DNA of 64,000 bases, from NCBI GenBank assembly GCA_050298055.1, contig JBNKTL010000024.1, positions 1 through 64,000 on the forward strand, written 5' to 3'. Numbering within the stretch: the first letter of the stretch is position 1; every line of letters starts with the position of its first letter. Below, piece after piece: positions 10,040 to 19,454 of this stretch. The translations under genes were made by a program, and so were the position numbers. This DNA comes from Spirochaetota bacterium. Its GTDB lineage: Bacteria; Spirochaetota; UBA4802; UBA5550. The notes under the pieces were generated by a model, which worked only from the letters and a program-made list of their open reading frames with translations, was not told the origin of the DNA and ran no database searches.

Positions 10040-10720
10040 CTACTGGCTGTTTTCAGAGACGGGGAAGAGGTTCGTTCTGAAAAGGACACCTGTTATTCCC
10101 CGTATGTTGTAGATATGGTCCTGCTGATCCCCGCCGTCATTTTCACTGAGAAACTTTGTGATATGAAAATCACCGATGCTTCCGATGAAAAAATCTACAA
10201 ATCTTCCTATCCTGAACTTCAGGTTTAACCCGGCGGAGAGTGCCACCTGGTTAGAGACCATGTACTGGTGCACATCAATCTCCGGTTCACCCGTATCTGA
10301 ATTTTCCTGGATCTTGACCTGCACAAGGTGTGAAAAGGTAAAACCTGTAAGCACGTTCAGTGAGAAGTTTCCCCGGTTAACGGGTGACGTAATCAGGTAA
10401 AGGGGAACAGCATATGATCTCATGACTATCTTTTGTTCGTTATCATCGGTAAACCCGAATCGTGCTTCCCGGTAGAGCATTCCCGAGTGGACCCCCAGCC
10501 TGTTGCCGAACATCTTCTCAAAAATAAATCCGCCTCCATAGGAGATGCCGGAATCCCAGTCGCCATCACCGCCTTTTGTATAGATGTCAAAAAAGCCGAA
10601 GGAACCACCCAGCCCGAATGATACATTTGGGTTGTTAATGCTTTCCTTTTCAGCTGAAAATGCCCATACCGGCAGGTTCAGTAAAAAAGAAATGAGGAGT
10701 ATTAAGCCTTTTGTTCGCAT
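10040..10720 (-). CDS. Probable outer-membrane beta-barrel protein
   Basis: Signal peptide, alternating Gly/aromatic beta-strand pattern. Confidence 0.6.
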   Translation of the reverse strand: MRTKGLILLISFLLNLPVWAFSAEKESINNPNVSFGLGGSFGFFDIYTKGGDGDWDSGISYGGGFIFEKMFGNRLGVHSGMLYREARFGFTDDNEQKIVMRSYAVPLYLITSPVNRGNFSLNVLTGFTFSHLVQVKIQENSDTGEPEIDVHQYMVSNQVALSAGLNLKFRIGRFVDFFIGSIGDFHITKFLSENDGGDQQDHIYNIRGITGVLFRTNLFPVSENSQ

Positions 10721-10749
10721 TTTACTCTCAAATCTCACAGTTCCGGTTT

Positions 10750-11106
10750 TTAGTTTTTACTGTCCATTATACAGGTCCCATTAAAAAGAGCACCGTTTTC
10801 CATAAGCAAGTCGGGTGTGAGCAGGTCTCCCTTGGTTTTACTGTTTTTATGGAGGCTTATCTTCTGTTTCGCCTTGAGCTTCCCGTTGACGATGCCGCTC
10901 ACTGCAACAGTCTTCGCGCTTATATTGGCGCTGACTTCCGCCTCCCTGCCTATTATGAGGTGGCCGTCAGTTTCGATTTTTCCCTCAAATTTGCCCTTTA
11001 TCTTCAGTGAATTTTTAAATTTCAGTGTTCCCTTAAAATTTATATCGTCAGCGATTACGGTATCGATCTTGTTCTCATCTTCAATGGGTTGCTTTACTTC
11101 TGTCAT
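10750..11106 (-). CDS. Bactofilin (polymer-forming cytoskeletal protein)
   Basis: DTVIADDINFKGTLKF..LKIKGKFEGKI..GALFNGTCIM beta-helix. Confidence 0.9.
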   Translation of the reverse strand: MTEVKQPIEDENKIDTVIADDINFKGTLKFKNSLKIKGKFEGKIETDGHLIIGREAEVSANISAKTVAVSGIVNGKLKAKQKISLHKNSKTKGDLLTPDLLMENGALFNGTCIMDSKN

Positions 11107-11148
11107 TCCTTCTCCCCGGTCCTTTTTTCAATGTCATTACTTACTTAT

Positions 11149-11267
11149 GTAACGAAATATATATTTACTAAAATATATCAACAATATGTCCCCGCCGCCT
11201 CTGGCGGCGGGGACATATCGGTTAAGTTTTCAATAAATACTATTTTTATACATAGCTGAGCAGTTAC
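11149..11267. mobile_element. MITE-like element copy 2
   Basis: gtaac...atatgtccccgccgcc-tct-ggcggcggggacatat...atagctgagcagttac. Confidence 0.65.
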
Positions 11268-11371
11268 CTTTTCATTTCTTATAGTCTATACTATTTTTAC
11301 CACAAAAAAATGTCAAATAAAAAGGGGATTAATATGCCCTGAGAAGGCAATTGAGTCCGGTAAGGTTTCTC

Positions 11372-11944
11372 TTACAGGTCGACCACCAGGTCCTCCCGTG
11401 ATCTTTTTGGGACATGATGGACTCCCTTATCGTCTCTCCAGTACCTGATGTCACCTTCGGGACCTAACGGTTCGATGTGAACCGTTTCCTTCGGTTTCCC
11501 CAGTGCCAGTACAAGCATGATCTCATACCTTACGGGGATCCGGAGGGCTTCCCGGAGTTTCTCCTTTTTGACAGAGGCAATGATACATCCACCCAGCCCC
11601 TTCTCAACGGCACCCAGGAGCATGCTCTGGGCGACAATGCTGTGGTCCCAGAGAATGTTTTTTGAGATTTCGTTGTCTCCCAGAACGATAATATAGGCGG
11701 AAGGTCTCTCTCCCTCTCCGGGTCCCGGCCACTCCTTGAGATAGGCAGCCCAGGCCAGGCTGGGAAATACCAGGCTGTTCTTTTCCCCGGTGTTTGAGAG
11801 GATGAATTTCAACGGCTGCATGTTTGCCGCCGACGGGGAGAGCCGGGCCAGTTCAACCAGGTCAAGAAGGTCCTCTCTCTTTATCTCAAGGTTTTCGTGA
11901 AATCTTCTGTAACTTCTGTTTTTCAGGAACAGGTCTTTGAGCAT
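11372..11944 (-). CDS. Nitroreductase family protein
   Basis: NRSYRRF, ARLSPSAANMQPL, GLGGCII, HHVPKRS. Confidence 0.9.
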   Translation of the reverse strand: MLKDLFLKNRSYRRFHENLEIKREDLLDLVELARLSPSAANMQPLKFILSNTGEKNSLVFPSLAWAAYLKEWPGPGEGERPSAYIIVLGDNEISKNILWDHSIVAQSMLLGAVEKGLGGCIIASVKKEKLREALRIPVRYEIMLVLALGKPKETVHIEPLGPEGDIRYWRDDKGVHHVPKRSREDLVVDL

Positions 11945-12288
11945 GGTTTTCCTCCCTTGCGATTTTATCAATTAATTATCTTAACAGGGATTTTTTCTTT
12001 TTTCATTTTATTTATCAGCTTTTTATCAAATGTAATGACGGGTATCTTCGTTCATTGTTAATTGCAATTTTTTTCTGATCTCTTTAGGGATCGTTGTTTG
12101 AAATTTGGATGTAATTTTTGAGAATATTTTTATCTCCATACATTTTGAAATATAGGTATGAATTTTATTTGTCAATAAGAATTAGAAAATGAGAAAGTTG
12201 TGTTGCACGGGCATGGCGTTTTTTGCAGATATAAGTCCCTGCCGGGTAAGGGCCAGTCACTCGTCGGTGCAGGACTGAGAAAAAATGC

Positions 12289-12326
12289 TTGACGATAATT
12301 ATATATATGGTTATATTGCCATATAT
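12289..12326 (+). promoter_or_regulatory. Sigma70 promoter overlapped by a putative ArsR operator
   Basis: TTGACG-17-TATATT; inverted repeat ATATATGG-N8-CCATATAT at 12303-12326. Confidence 0.6.
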
Positions 12327-12339
12327 TCAAGGATTAATA

Positions 12340-12675
12340 ATGAACAGTAAACTTCCATCACAATATGAAGCCCGGGCAAAAATTATCAAAGCGCTGGCAC
12401 ACCCGAGCAGGCTCTTTATCGTAGAAGAGCTGAAAAAGAAAGAGCGCAGTGTGGGAGAACTGGTAGATATGATTGGTTCTGATCAGTCTACCATATCAAA
12501 ACATCTGAGTATTTTAAAAAATGAAGGCCTTGTTTTTGATGAAAAGCATGGCACAACGGTTACATACCATTTAAAATGTCCATGCATATTAGACTTTATT
12601 GGTTGTGTGGAAGATGTTCTTGAAATGAAAACTCAGGAACATATAAATCTAGTTACAAGCTGCAAGGTCAGATAA
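12340..12675 (+). CDS. arsR: ArsR/SmtB family regulator
   Basis: KALAHPSRLFI, SVGEL, QSTISKHLSILK; C-terminal CPC..C. Confidence 0.9.
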   Translation: MNSKLPSQYEARAKIIKALAHPSRLFIVEELKKKERSVGELVDMIGSDQSTISKHLSILKNEGLVFDEKHGTTVTYHLKCPCILDFIGCVEDVLEMKTQEHINLVTSCKVR

Positions 12676-12691
12676 TTTTTTTGAATATTTC

Positions 12692-12707
12692 ATGGCAATA
12701 TTGCCAT
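12692..12707. promoter_or_regulatory. Second putative ArsR operator
   Basis: Perfect palindrome ATGGCAATATTGCCAT sharing its core with 12303-12326. Confidence 0.5.
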
Positions 12708-12730
12708 AAAGGAATAAAGGAGACGATATC

Positions 12731-14035
12731 ATGAACTGGAAAGAGGAATGGAAGCCGATGGTATATATTGCGGGAATATTTCTTATCCTGTTTTTTTTAC
12801 CTGTCGGCTGGAATCGTTTTGATAATGCCGTAATGGAAGCAATAAAACTTGGTAAATGGTATGCCAGGGAGCATGTCATTCTCTGTCTTATTCCGGCATT
12901 TTTCATTGCAGGGGCTATAGCAGTATTCATAAGCGAGGCTTCAGTAATGAAATATCTGGGGCCAGCTGCCAATAAAATTATCGCATACGGTGTCTCATCT
13001 GTTTCCGGTTCGGTACTGGCAGTATGCTCATGTACGGTTCTTCCTCTTTTTGCCGGTATATACAGGATGGGTGCCGGTCTGGGACCCGCCACGGCATTTC
13101 TTTATTCAGGTCCCGCAATAAATATTCTGGCTATCATTTTAACTGCAAAGGTTCTCGGATTTCAAATTGGTATCGCCAGGGCAATAGGAGCTGTACTCTT
13201 CAGCATTGTTATTGGCCTGTTAATGCACTTTTTTTATCGTAGAGAAGAGAAAGAAAAAGTGCAGACTATGATGCATATGCCGGAACCTGAGGTTGAAAGG
13301 CCCTTATGGCAGAATGCGGTTTATTTTTTCATCATGATTGCAATTCTTGTGTTCGCAAACTGGGGAAAGACAGAGGAGACTTCCGGTGCATGGTTTTTTC
13401 TGTATAATTACAAGTGGATTATTACCGCTGTTTTCTCAATCATGCTCGGAGTGACTCTTGTTTTCTGGTTTAATATGCAGTGGTGGAAAGTTCTTCTCAT
13501 AGCATTGCCCGCAGGAATAACAGCATGGTTTTTTCATGATGGAATCCAGATTTTGCTTCCTTTTTCCGTTGGTATTGTATCCTTTTCATTTTTTATCAGC
13601 ACTTCAAAGGGAGAGATGGGGGAGTGGTTTTCACAGTCGTGGGGATTCGTGAAACAGATTCTGCCGCTTCTCCTCTTTGGAGTACTCATCGCAGGACTTT
13701 TGCTTGGAAGACCTGGCAGTGAAGGACTTATCCCCTCGCAATGGGTAAGTCATTCAGTGGGCGGAAACAGTATAGGAGCAAATCTTTTTGCCTCAGTTGC
13801 CGGAGCCTTCATGTATTTTGCCACTTTAACTGAAATACCGATTCTTCAGGGACTTATGGGTGCCGGTATGGGGAAAGGGCCCGCACTGGCCCTGCTTCTT
13901 GCCGGACCCGCATTGTCATTACCCAATATGTTTGTCATAAGAAGTGTTATGGGCACAAAGAAGACTATTGTGTATGTAACGCTTGTTATTATCATGTCAA
14001 CAATTTCAGGGCTTGTTTACGGAACATTGTTTTAA
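12731..14035 (+). CDS. arsP: ArsP/DUF318 family permease
   Basis: LAVCSCTVLPLF, FLYSGPAINI, MYFATLTEIPI, LLAGPALSLP; multiple TM helices. Confidence 0.85.
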   Translation: MNWKEEWKPMVYIAGIFLILFFLPVGWNRFDNAVMEAIKLGKWYAREHVILCLIPAFFIAGAIAVFISEASVMKYLGPAANKIIAYGVSSVSGSVLAVCSCTVLPLFAGIYRMGAGLGPATAFLYSGPAINILAIILTAKVLGFQIGIARAIGAVLFSIVIGLLMHFFYRREEKEKVQTMMHMPEPEVERPLWQNAVYFFIMIAILVFANWGKTEETSGAWFFLYNYKWIITAVFSIMLGVTLVFWFNMQWWKVLLIALPAGITAWFFHDGIQILLPFSVGIVSFSFFISTSKGEMGEWFSQSWGFVKQILPLLLFGVLIAGLLLGRPGSEGLIPSQWVSHSVGGNSIGANLFASVAGAFMYFATLTEIPILQGLMGAGMGKGPALALLLAGPALSLPNMFVIRSVMGTKKTIVYVTLVIIMSTISGLVYGTLF

Positions 14036-14057
14036 ATTATTAAAGAGGAGAAAAATA

Positions 14058-14291
14058 ATGAAAGATATTAAAATTTTAGGAACAGGTTGCCCCAAATGCA
14101 ACAAACTCGAAGATCTTTCAAAAAAAGCAGCTGAAGAAATCGGTATTGAGTTCTCACTTGAAAAGGTTAAAGACATAAACAGGATTATGGAATTTGGAGT
14201 GATGACTACACCGGCGCTTGTAGTGGATGGAGAAGTAAAGGTTGCAGGCAGGGTCCCTTCTTTTGATGAATTGAAAAAACTTATTAAATAA
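14058..14291 (+). CDS. Small thioredoxin-fold redox-active disulfide protein (MTH895-like)
   Basis: IKILGTGCPKC, GVMTTPALVVDG. Confidence 0.9.
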   Translation: MKDIKILGTGCPKCNKLEDLSKKAAEEIGIEFSLEKVKDINRIMEFGVMTTPALVVDGEVKVAGRVPSFDELKKLIK

Positions 14292-14304
14292 CAGAGATTT
14301 CGCT

Positions 14305-14793
14305 ATGAGAAAGATTCAAACTTCACAGAAATTCATGTTTCTGCTCCTGACAATTGTTTTTCAATTTCCCGTTTCCTGCAAACAGGGGCCGAACGGAACA
14401 ATTGAGGCAAAGTTCAGCAAAGAGAATAGTAGTGGTACACTTAAACAGATTCAGGAAGGCAGGGTTATTAAGGTCTATTATTTTCATACCACCTTCCGGT
14501 GTTCTTCCTGTACAAAAATTGAGGAACTGACCAGGAAGGCTTTAACAAACAATTTTACTGAACAGCTAAAGTCTGGAAGAATTGTATTTAAAGCTGTTAA
14601 CGTTGAAGAAGAACAGAATAAGCATTTCATTCAGGATTATCAGCTGTTTACCAAATCAGTGGTGCTGGTTAATTATATTAAAGGAAAGCAGAGGAGCTGG
14701 CAACGTCTTGACAAAACATGGGTTTATCTGCAGAATCCGGATGTCTTTGAAAAATACATTAAAGACGAATTAATGACCTTTATAAAAAACTAA
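14305..14793 (+). CDS. ArsF-like exported thioredoxin-fold lipoprotein
   Basis: VYYFHTTFRCSSCTKIE; lipobox-like VSC. Confidence 0.75.
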   Translation: MRKIQTSQKFMFLLLTIVFQFPVSCKQGPNGTIEAKFSKENSSGTLKQIQEGRVIKVYYFHTTFRCSSCTKIEELTRKALTNNFTEQLKSGRIVFKAVNVEEEQNKHFIQDYQLFTKSVVLVNYIKGKQRSWQRLDKTWVYLQNPDVFEKYIKDELMTFIKN

Positions 14794-14809
14794 ATATAAG
14801 GATCAGAGG

Positions 14810-15496
14810 ATGGATAGTGTATATATAATCTCTCTTGGTTCAGCGTTCTGGCTTGGTATTATCACTTCAATAAGCCCGTGTTCTCTTGCCACAAACATTG
14901 CTGCTGTTTCATATATCGGAAAGAATATTGAAGCAAAGACAACATCGGTTCTTTCAGGCATATTTTACGCTGCTGGAAGAGTCATCGTTTACATGTGCAT
15001 TTCTTTCATAGTTGTTGAAACTTTTGACCGAGTGCCGGCTTTATCAATGTTTCTTCAGACCAAAGTTAATCTTGTTCTCGGCCCCCTGCTCATCCTGACC
15101 GGCCTGATACTGCTGAATGTAATCAAACTGAGCTTTGGAGGTAATAACCATTCGGAGAAGGCTGAAAAGTTAACAAGAAAGGCTCCTCTGCTGGGTTCTG
15201 TGTTTATCGGTGCTCTTTTCGCACTGGCTTTCTGTCCTGTTTCAGCTGCTCTCTTTTTCGGAAGCATGCTCCCCATTGCGGTGAAGCATAAATCAACTAT
15301 TATTATTCCTTCTCTCTATGGATTGGGTACGGCCCTCCCAGTTGTTGCTTTTGCTGTTTTAATAGCTAACGGAGCGAATTATCTCGGCAGTGTCTTCAAC
15401 AAATTAACACAGATAGAACTTTGGGTAAGAAGGGGCACAGGAATTATCTTTATTGGTGTGGGTGTATATTTAACCCTTGTATTTTTAATAATATAA
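14810..15496 (+). CDS. ArsG-like / DsbD-CcdA transmembrane protein
   Basis: TSISPCSLATNIAAVSY, ALAFCPVSAALFFG. Confidence 0.8.
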   Translation: MDSVYIISLGSAFWLGIITSISPCSLATNIAAVSYIGKNIEAKTTSVLSGIFYAAGRVIVYMCISFIVVETFDRVPALSMFLQTKVNLVLGPLLILTGLILLNVIKLSFGGNNHSEKAEKLTRKAPLLGSVFIGALFALAFCPVSAALFFGSMLPIAVKHKSTIIIPSLYGLGTALPVVAFAVLIANGANYLGSVFNKLTQIELWVRRGTGIIFIGVGVYLTLVFLII

Positions 15497-15507
15497 AGTT
15501 CTGTTAG

Positions 15508-15544
15508 GTTAATTTATATTGGAAAGCACGGGTATCCTTAAAAG
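15508..15544 (+). repeat. 37-bp remnant matching the 3' end of CDS 17579-17974
   Basis: 34/37 identical to 17941-17977 (LIYIGKHGYP* vs LIYIGEHGYP*). Confidence 0.75.
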
Positions 15545-15694
15545 ATGAAATTATAGAAATTGTCAACAGTCATTCTCATACACCCCCTTCGGGGGCAAAA
15601 AGAGGAGTTATTTTATACTACTTCATTAGTGTATGGATAAATAAATCCTTTACAAAATAAATAATCCCTCTATTTATGGAAGGAACTAAACGGA

Positions 15695-15925
15695 ATGTCA
15701 GGTTACCGGGATATCGCGGGTTGTCTTTTTAAATATTTCCATGCGCTTCATATGGCTATCAAAGCCCTGTTGCCCTCGGTTCTTAATAATGATATTGCTC
15801 AGGTTGATCCTCTTTTTTCTAATATCTGGTTAAAAAACAAATGGTGGTTTCGCATTGGATATTCAATGATTGCAATAGGTCTCATTCTTCTCTTAATGGC
15901 ATATATCCGCATCATCATTCCCTGA
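15695..15925 (+). CDS. Hypothetical small membrane protein or gene fragment
   Basis: 76-aa ORF with a C-terminal hydrophobic helix. Confidence 0.3.
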   Translation: MSGYRDIAGCLFKYFHALHMAIKALLPSVLNNDIAQVDPLFSNIWLKNKWWFRIGYSMIAIGLILLLMAYIRIIIP

Positions 15926-16027
15926 TCTCTGTTTTGAGAGTCTGTAAATGGAAAAATCATACTGTCTTAACTCCCCGACAACTGCAGGGATTTTTTCTCC
16001 GGGGCCCGGGCCCGTAAGAGTGTTAGT

Positions 16028-16654
16028 ATGAAAATAAGAAATAAAATAAGAATATCAATTTTATTAACTATTATACTCTTATATCTCATTATCATCTTAT
16101 TCCCCCGGGGAAAAAATAAAAAGATAGATGATACAGGCTTTTATGATGTATATAAAATTTATGATTATATACTTGTAGCGTCAATACAGGGCTCAGGTGA
16201 ATATGTTTATCTGCAACTTTTTACAGAAGAAATTTTTAATAAAAACAAATTAAGTTTTAAAGATCACTATCCCTCTAATGAATATATGGATAAATATAAT
16301 TTATTTTTAAAATTATCAAAACCCGTGTTATATTCCTATCCTGAAGGAAATTATTTAATCGGAGATTATGATTTTGACGGGGAAATTGAGATTACTACAT
16401 TTCCCAATGAGTTCTGGAAAGGTTTTAAAAATTTTCAGCCTGTTCAGGTAAACAGACAGGGTGCTGTTACTGTTGAAAACAATAAAATGACATTATTAAT
16501 ATTGAAAGTCTTCTCTTTTTTCTCAAGTATTTTTACAGTAATGATTTTTTTCTTTCTCATGACTCTTATAATATTTTCTTATATACTTGAATATTTTATT
16601 AAATATATTTTTTGGATTTATAGAAATCGAATAAGGAGATTTCCCGGCATTTAA
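16028..16654 (+). CDS. Hypothetical membrane protein (AT-rich)
   Basis: 208 aa with N- and C-terminal TM segments. Confidence 0.6.
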   Translation: MKIRNKIRISILLTIILLYLIIILFPRGKNKKIDDTGFYDVYKIYDYILVASIQGSGEYVYLQLFTEEIFNKNKLSFKDHYPSNEYMDKYNLFLKLSKPVLYSYPEGNYLIGDYDFDGEIEITTFPNEFWKGFKNFQPVQVNRQGAVTVENNKMTLLILKVFSFFSSIFTVMIFFFLMTLIIFSYILEYFIKYIFWIYRNRIRRFPGI

Positions 16655-16852
16655 AGAACTGTCACCTGTAAGGTTCTCTCCCTTTTCCGCAGCAGGTTTT
16701 TTGCGGGTTTCACCCGAAAGGGATTTGTCCGGGGGGCCTGGAGTGGGAAGAGTACCAAGGGATGTCAGTGCGGATAAATTTCATTTTATCTTCCAATTTA
16801 AGCGAAATTATTCGATCTGTATTTTGCATCTATTTCAGGAGAAAAATAAAAA

Positions 16853-17371
16853 ATGAGTTACATTATGGTCGATGTGGAAGCAGACGGCCCCATACCCGGG
16901 GATTATTCCATGATCTCTCTGGGGGCTATCGTCGTTGATGAACAGCTGGATAAAACCTTTTACGGTAAATTGAAACCGGTATCGGATAATTATATTACCG
17001 ATGCCCTCAAAGTAAGCGGATTCAGTCGTGAAGAAACCCTGGCATTTGATGATCCCCTTAAGGTTATGGATGATTTCAGGCAATGGCTGAAAAGAAATTC
17101 AAAAGGTAAGCCGATCTTTATCTCTGATAATAATGGGTTCGACTGGATGTTCGTATGCTGGTATTTTCACCATTTTATTCATGAAAATCCCTTTGGATTC
17201 AGTTCAACTAATTTAGGTTCGCTCTATAAAGGCGTGATAAGGGACACATTCAAAAACTTTAAACATTTTCGCAGGACAAAGCATACCCACAACCCGGTGG
17301 ATGATGCCAGGGGAAATGCCGAGGCGTTGCTTCATATTAAAAAGAAATATAACCTGAAGATTAAACTGTAG
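16853..17371 (+). CDS. DEDDh 3'-5' exonuclease/exoribonuclease
   Basis: VDVEADGP, NNGFDW, HTHNPVDDA. Confidence 0.85.
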   Translation: MSYIMVDVEADGPIPGDYSMISLGAIVVDEQLDKTFYGKLKPVSDNYITDALKVSGFSREETLAFDDPLKVMDDFRQWLKRNSKGKPIFISDNNGFDWMFVCWYFHHFIHENPFGFSSTNLGSLYKGVIRDTFKNFKHFRRTKHTHNPVDDARGNAEALLHIKKKYNLKIKL

Positions 17372-17578
17372 ATTATTAATCTAGCTGATACCGCACTATC
17401 TGCAACACTTCCCGTTCTTACTACATCCACTTTCCGGGAGACAGTGGACAGTAACCAGCCAATTATCCTGATAGTGAAATTCAAAATTTAGTTGCAAAAA
17501 CAGTTTTTGTACATTAAATAGTCAAGGTAAACACTGTATCTGCTGCGGTATTTAAAAAATTGTCAGGTATATCGAAAT

Positions 17579-17974
17579 ATGCAAAATAATATTATTCTCC
17601 TTCTCGTCTCTTTACTTCTCGCAAACTCCGGCAGTCAATGGAATAATGACTTTACCGCAGGGAAGATCAACAGGGACACCATAGTAAAAAAAATCCCTAT
17701 AGGTTCGGAATACCCTGTTCTTCTCTCATATATTAAAAACAATAAAATCCCGAAATACTCAGAAAGGCAAAAATACGGATATAGTGAAAAAGTTTATTCA
17801 AAGGAATTTGTCTTTAACATTCAAACAGCTGTTAAAAATAAGACAAGTTATGTTGTAGAGCTTCACGGGCATCATGATTATCGCGAACCTTACCGTTACT
17901 ATCATCCCGTACTCTATTTTTGCTATGATAAAAATGACAAGTTAATTTATATTGGTGAGCACGGGTATCCATAA
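17579..17974 (+). CDS. Hypothetical exported protein
   Basis: 131 aa with an N-terminal signal-like segment. Confidence 0.55.
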   Translation: MQNNIILLLVSLLLANSGSQWNNDFTAGKINRDTIVKKIPIGSEYPVLLSYIKNNKIPKYSERQKYGYSEKVYSKEFVFNIQTAVKNKTSYVVELHGHHDYREPYRYYHPVLYFCYDKNDKLIYIGEHGYP

Positions 17975-18055
17975 AAGCCTGCAAACTTTTACAAACCGGT
18001 TTCGCTGCTCCGCTCTTTCACATTTTAACAGTTATGAAAGGTAAAGATAAAAGAG

Positions 18056-18424
18056 ATGTTCAAAAATATACAGGATGAGATCAGGAAAATATGCAGTGAG
18101 GATCTCTATGAGATCGGATTTGCCTCATTACGGGGATTACTGGAACCCCAATGGAACAGGTACGGGTTCGGAATATCACTGGCAAGAAAACTTGATGATT
18201 CAATTATTGACGGTATTGGGGATGGCCCTACCCGGGAATATTATGATCACTATCACCGGGTGAATGATGAATTAAATCAAAAAGGGGAGGAAATAGTAAA
18301 GCTTCTCGGTGAATATGATATTAAAGCTGTATCGGTTAAATCCACAGTGAAAGATCATGAGCTTGATGACGATTATAGTAAAACACTGCGGTATTTGCGT
18401 CTCTGTCTGCCCCGGGGGGAGTGA
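18056..18424 (+). pseudogene. Truncated epoxyqueuosine-reductase-like Fe-S protein (N-terminal part only)
   Basis: IGFASL..GISLARKL..YYDHYHRVNDELN resembles QueG-like N-termini; the ORF ends after KTLRY without the HK..GLGWIG and 4Fe-4S motifs. Confidence 0.6.
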
Positions 18425-18483
18425 ATGAAATATTTAAAAACATTATTGACATTTAATTATTTAGTAATTATATTATAATTATT

Positions 18484-18758
18484 ATGTCTGTGGAATTTTT
18501 ATGGGATGAAAAAAAGAACCGGTCGAATATTGCCAAACATAAAATATCATTTGATGAAGCTGAATCTGTTTTCTCCGATGATTATGTGTGTGTAATATTT
18601 GATCCTGATCATTGATTATTATTCTCGGGTTGAGTAAATTTACGACCATCTTGATTGTTGTGCATTGTTATAGGGAGAATAATTCAATAATGAGATTAAT
18701 ATCCGTCCGAAAAGCAACCAAGAATGAAAGAAATCAATATCTGGGTTATTTAAAATGA
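18484..18758 (+). pseudogene. brnT: BrnT family toxin, frameshifted with premature stop
   Basis: MSVEFLWDEKKNRSNIAKHKISFDEAESVF..DPDH then TGA at 18613; continues in another frame IILGLS..VVHCYR..RLISVRKATKNE. Confidence 0.85.
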
Positions 18759-18970
18759 GAAAAGAATATGATTTTTCCAAATCAAAAAAGAATCCATATT
18801 CAAAGAAGTTAAAAAAGCAGATTACTATCAGGATTGACGAGGGAACCATAGACTATTTTAAAAATCTCTCCGAAGATACGGGTATTCCTTATCAAAATCT
18901 CATAAATCTCTATTTAACCGACTGTGCCATGCAGAATAAAAAATTAAAAATGAATTGGGGAAAAAAATAG
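18755..18970 (+). CDS. brnA: BrnA/CopG-like antitoxin
   Basis: MRKEYDFSKSKKNPY..ITIRIDE..YFK..GIPYQNLIN; ATGA overlap with brnT. Confidence 0.88.
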   Translation: MRKEYDFSKSKKNPYSKKLKKQITIRIDEGTIDYFKNLSEDTGIPYQNLINLYLTDCAMQNKKLKMNWGKK

Positions 18971-19016
18971 TCAAAACTACACCTGATAAGCTTTCTGAAT
19001 AAAATGGAGAACAATT

Positions 19017-19349
19017 ATGGAAGAACTGCTGAAAAAAGCCAATGAACTGGGAAGGATGCTCAAAGAGACAGAGGTCTGCTCGCAGTATGAGAAACTCTCC
19101 GCGGACCTGGAGGCTGACCGGGACTCAAAAGGGCTCCTGGATGAGTACCTGGATCTCTTCGAAAAGATGCACAAAAAGGAGATGAGCGGAGGGGTTATCG
19201 AGGTCCATGAAAAGGAGAAGCTCGCGGAGGTCCAGACACGTGTCTCTGAAAACCCTCTTATTGTGGAATATATCGATGCCAAGAACAGGTATGTGACCCT
19301 CCTCATGGAGATACAGAAGGCCGTCAGCGGCGAAGATCTCTCAATATAA
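19017..19349 (+). CDS. YlbF/YmcA-like helical regulator
   Basis: KKANELGRMLKETE..ENPLIVEYIDA pattern. Confidence 0.7.
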   Translation: MEELLKKANELGRMLKETEVCSQYEKLSADLEADRDSKGLLDEYLDLFEKMHKKEMSGGVIEVHEKEKLAEVQTRVSENPLIVEYIDAKNRYVTLLMEIQKAVSGEDLSI

Positions 19350-19454
19350 CCTGCCAATAATAATTAACCGTGAATAAAAACTTGACTTATACTCTCTATT
19401 CGGGTAAAGTCGTGATAATAGTTTTGTCAATATTGATGATAAAGGGATAAAATA

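Noticed and set aside
12205..12280. ZTP (pfl) riboswitch or tRNA-like element (gtgactggc on the minus strand; agtccctgc..gcaggact stem)
   Set aside because: Lacks the remaining conserved ZTP motifs and a cloverleaf; neighbouring genes do not fit.
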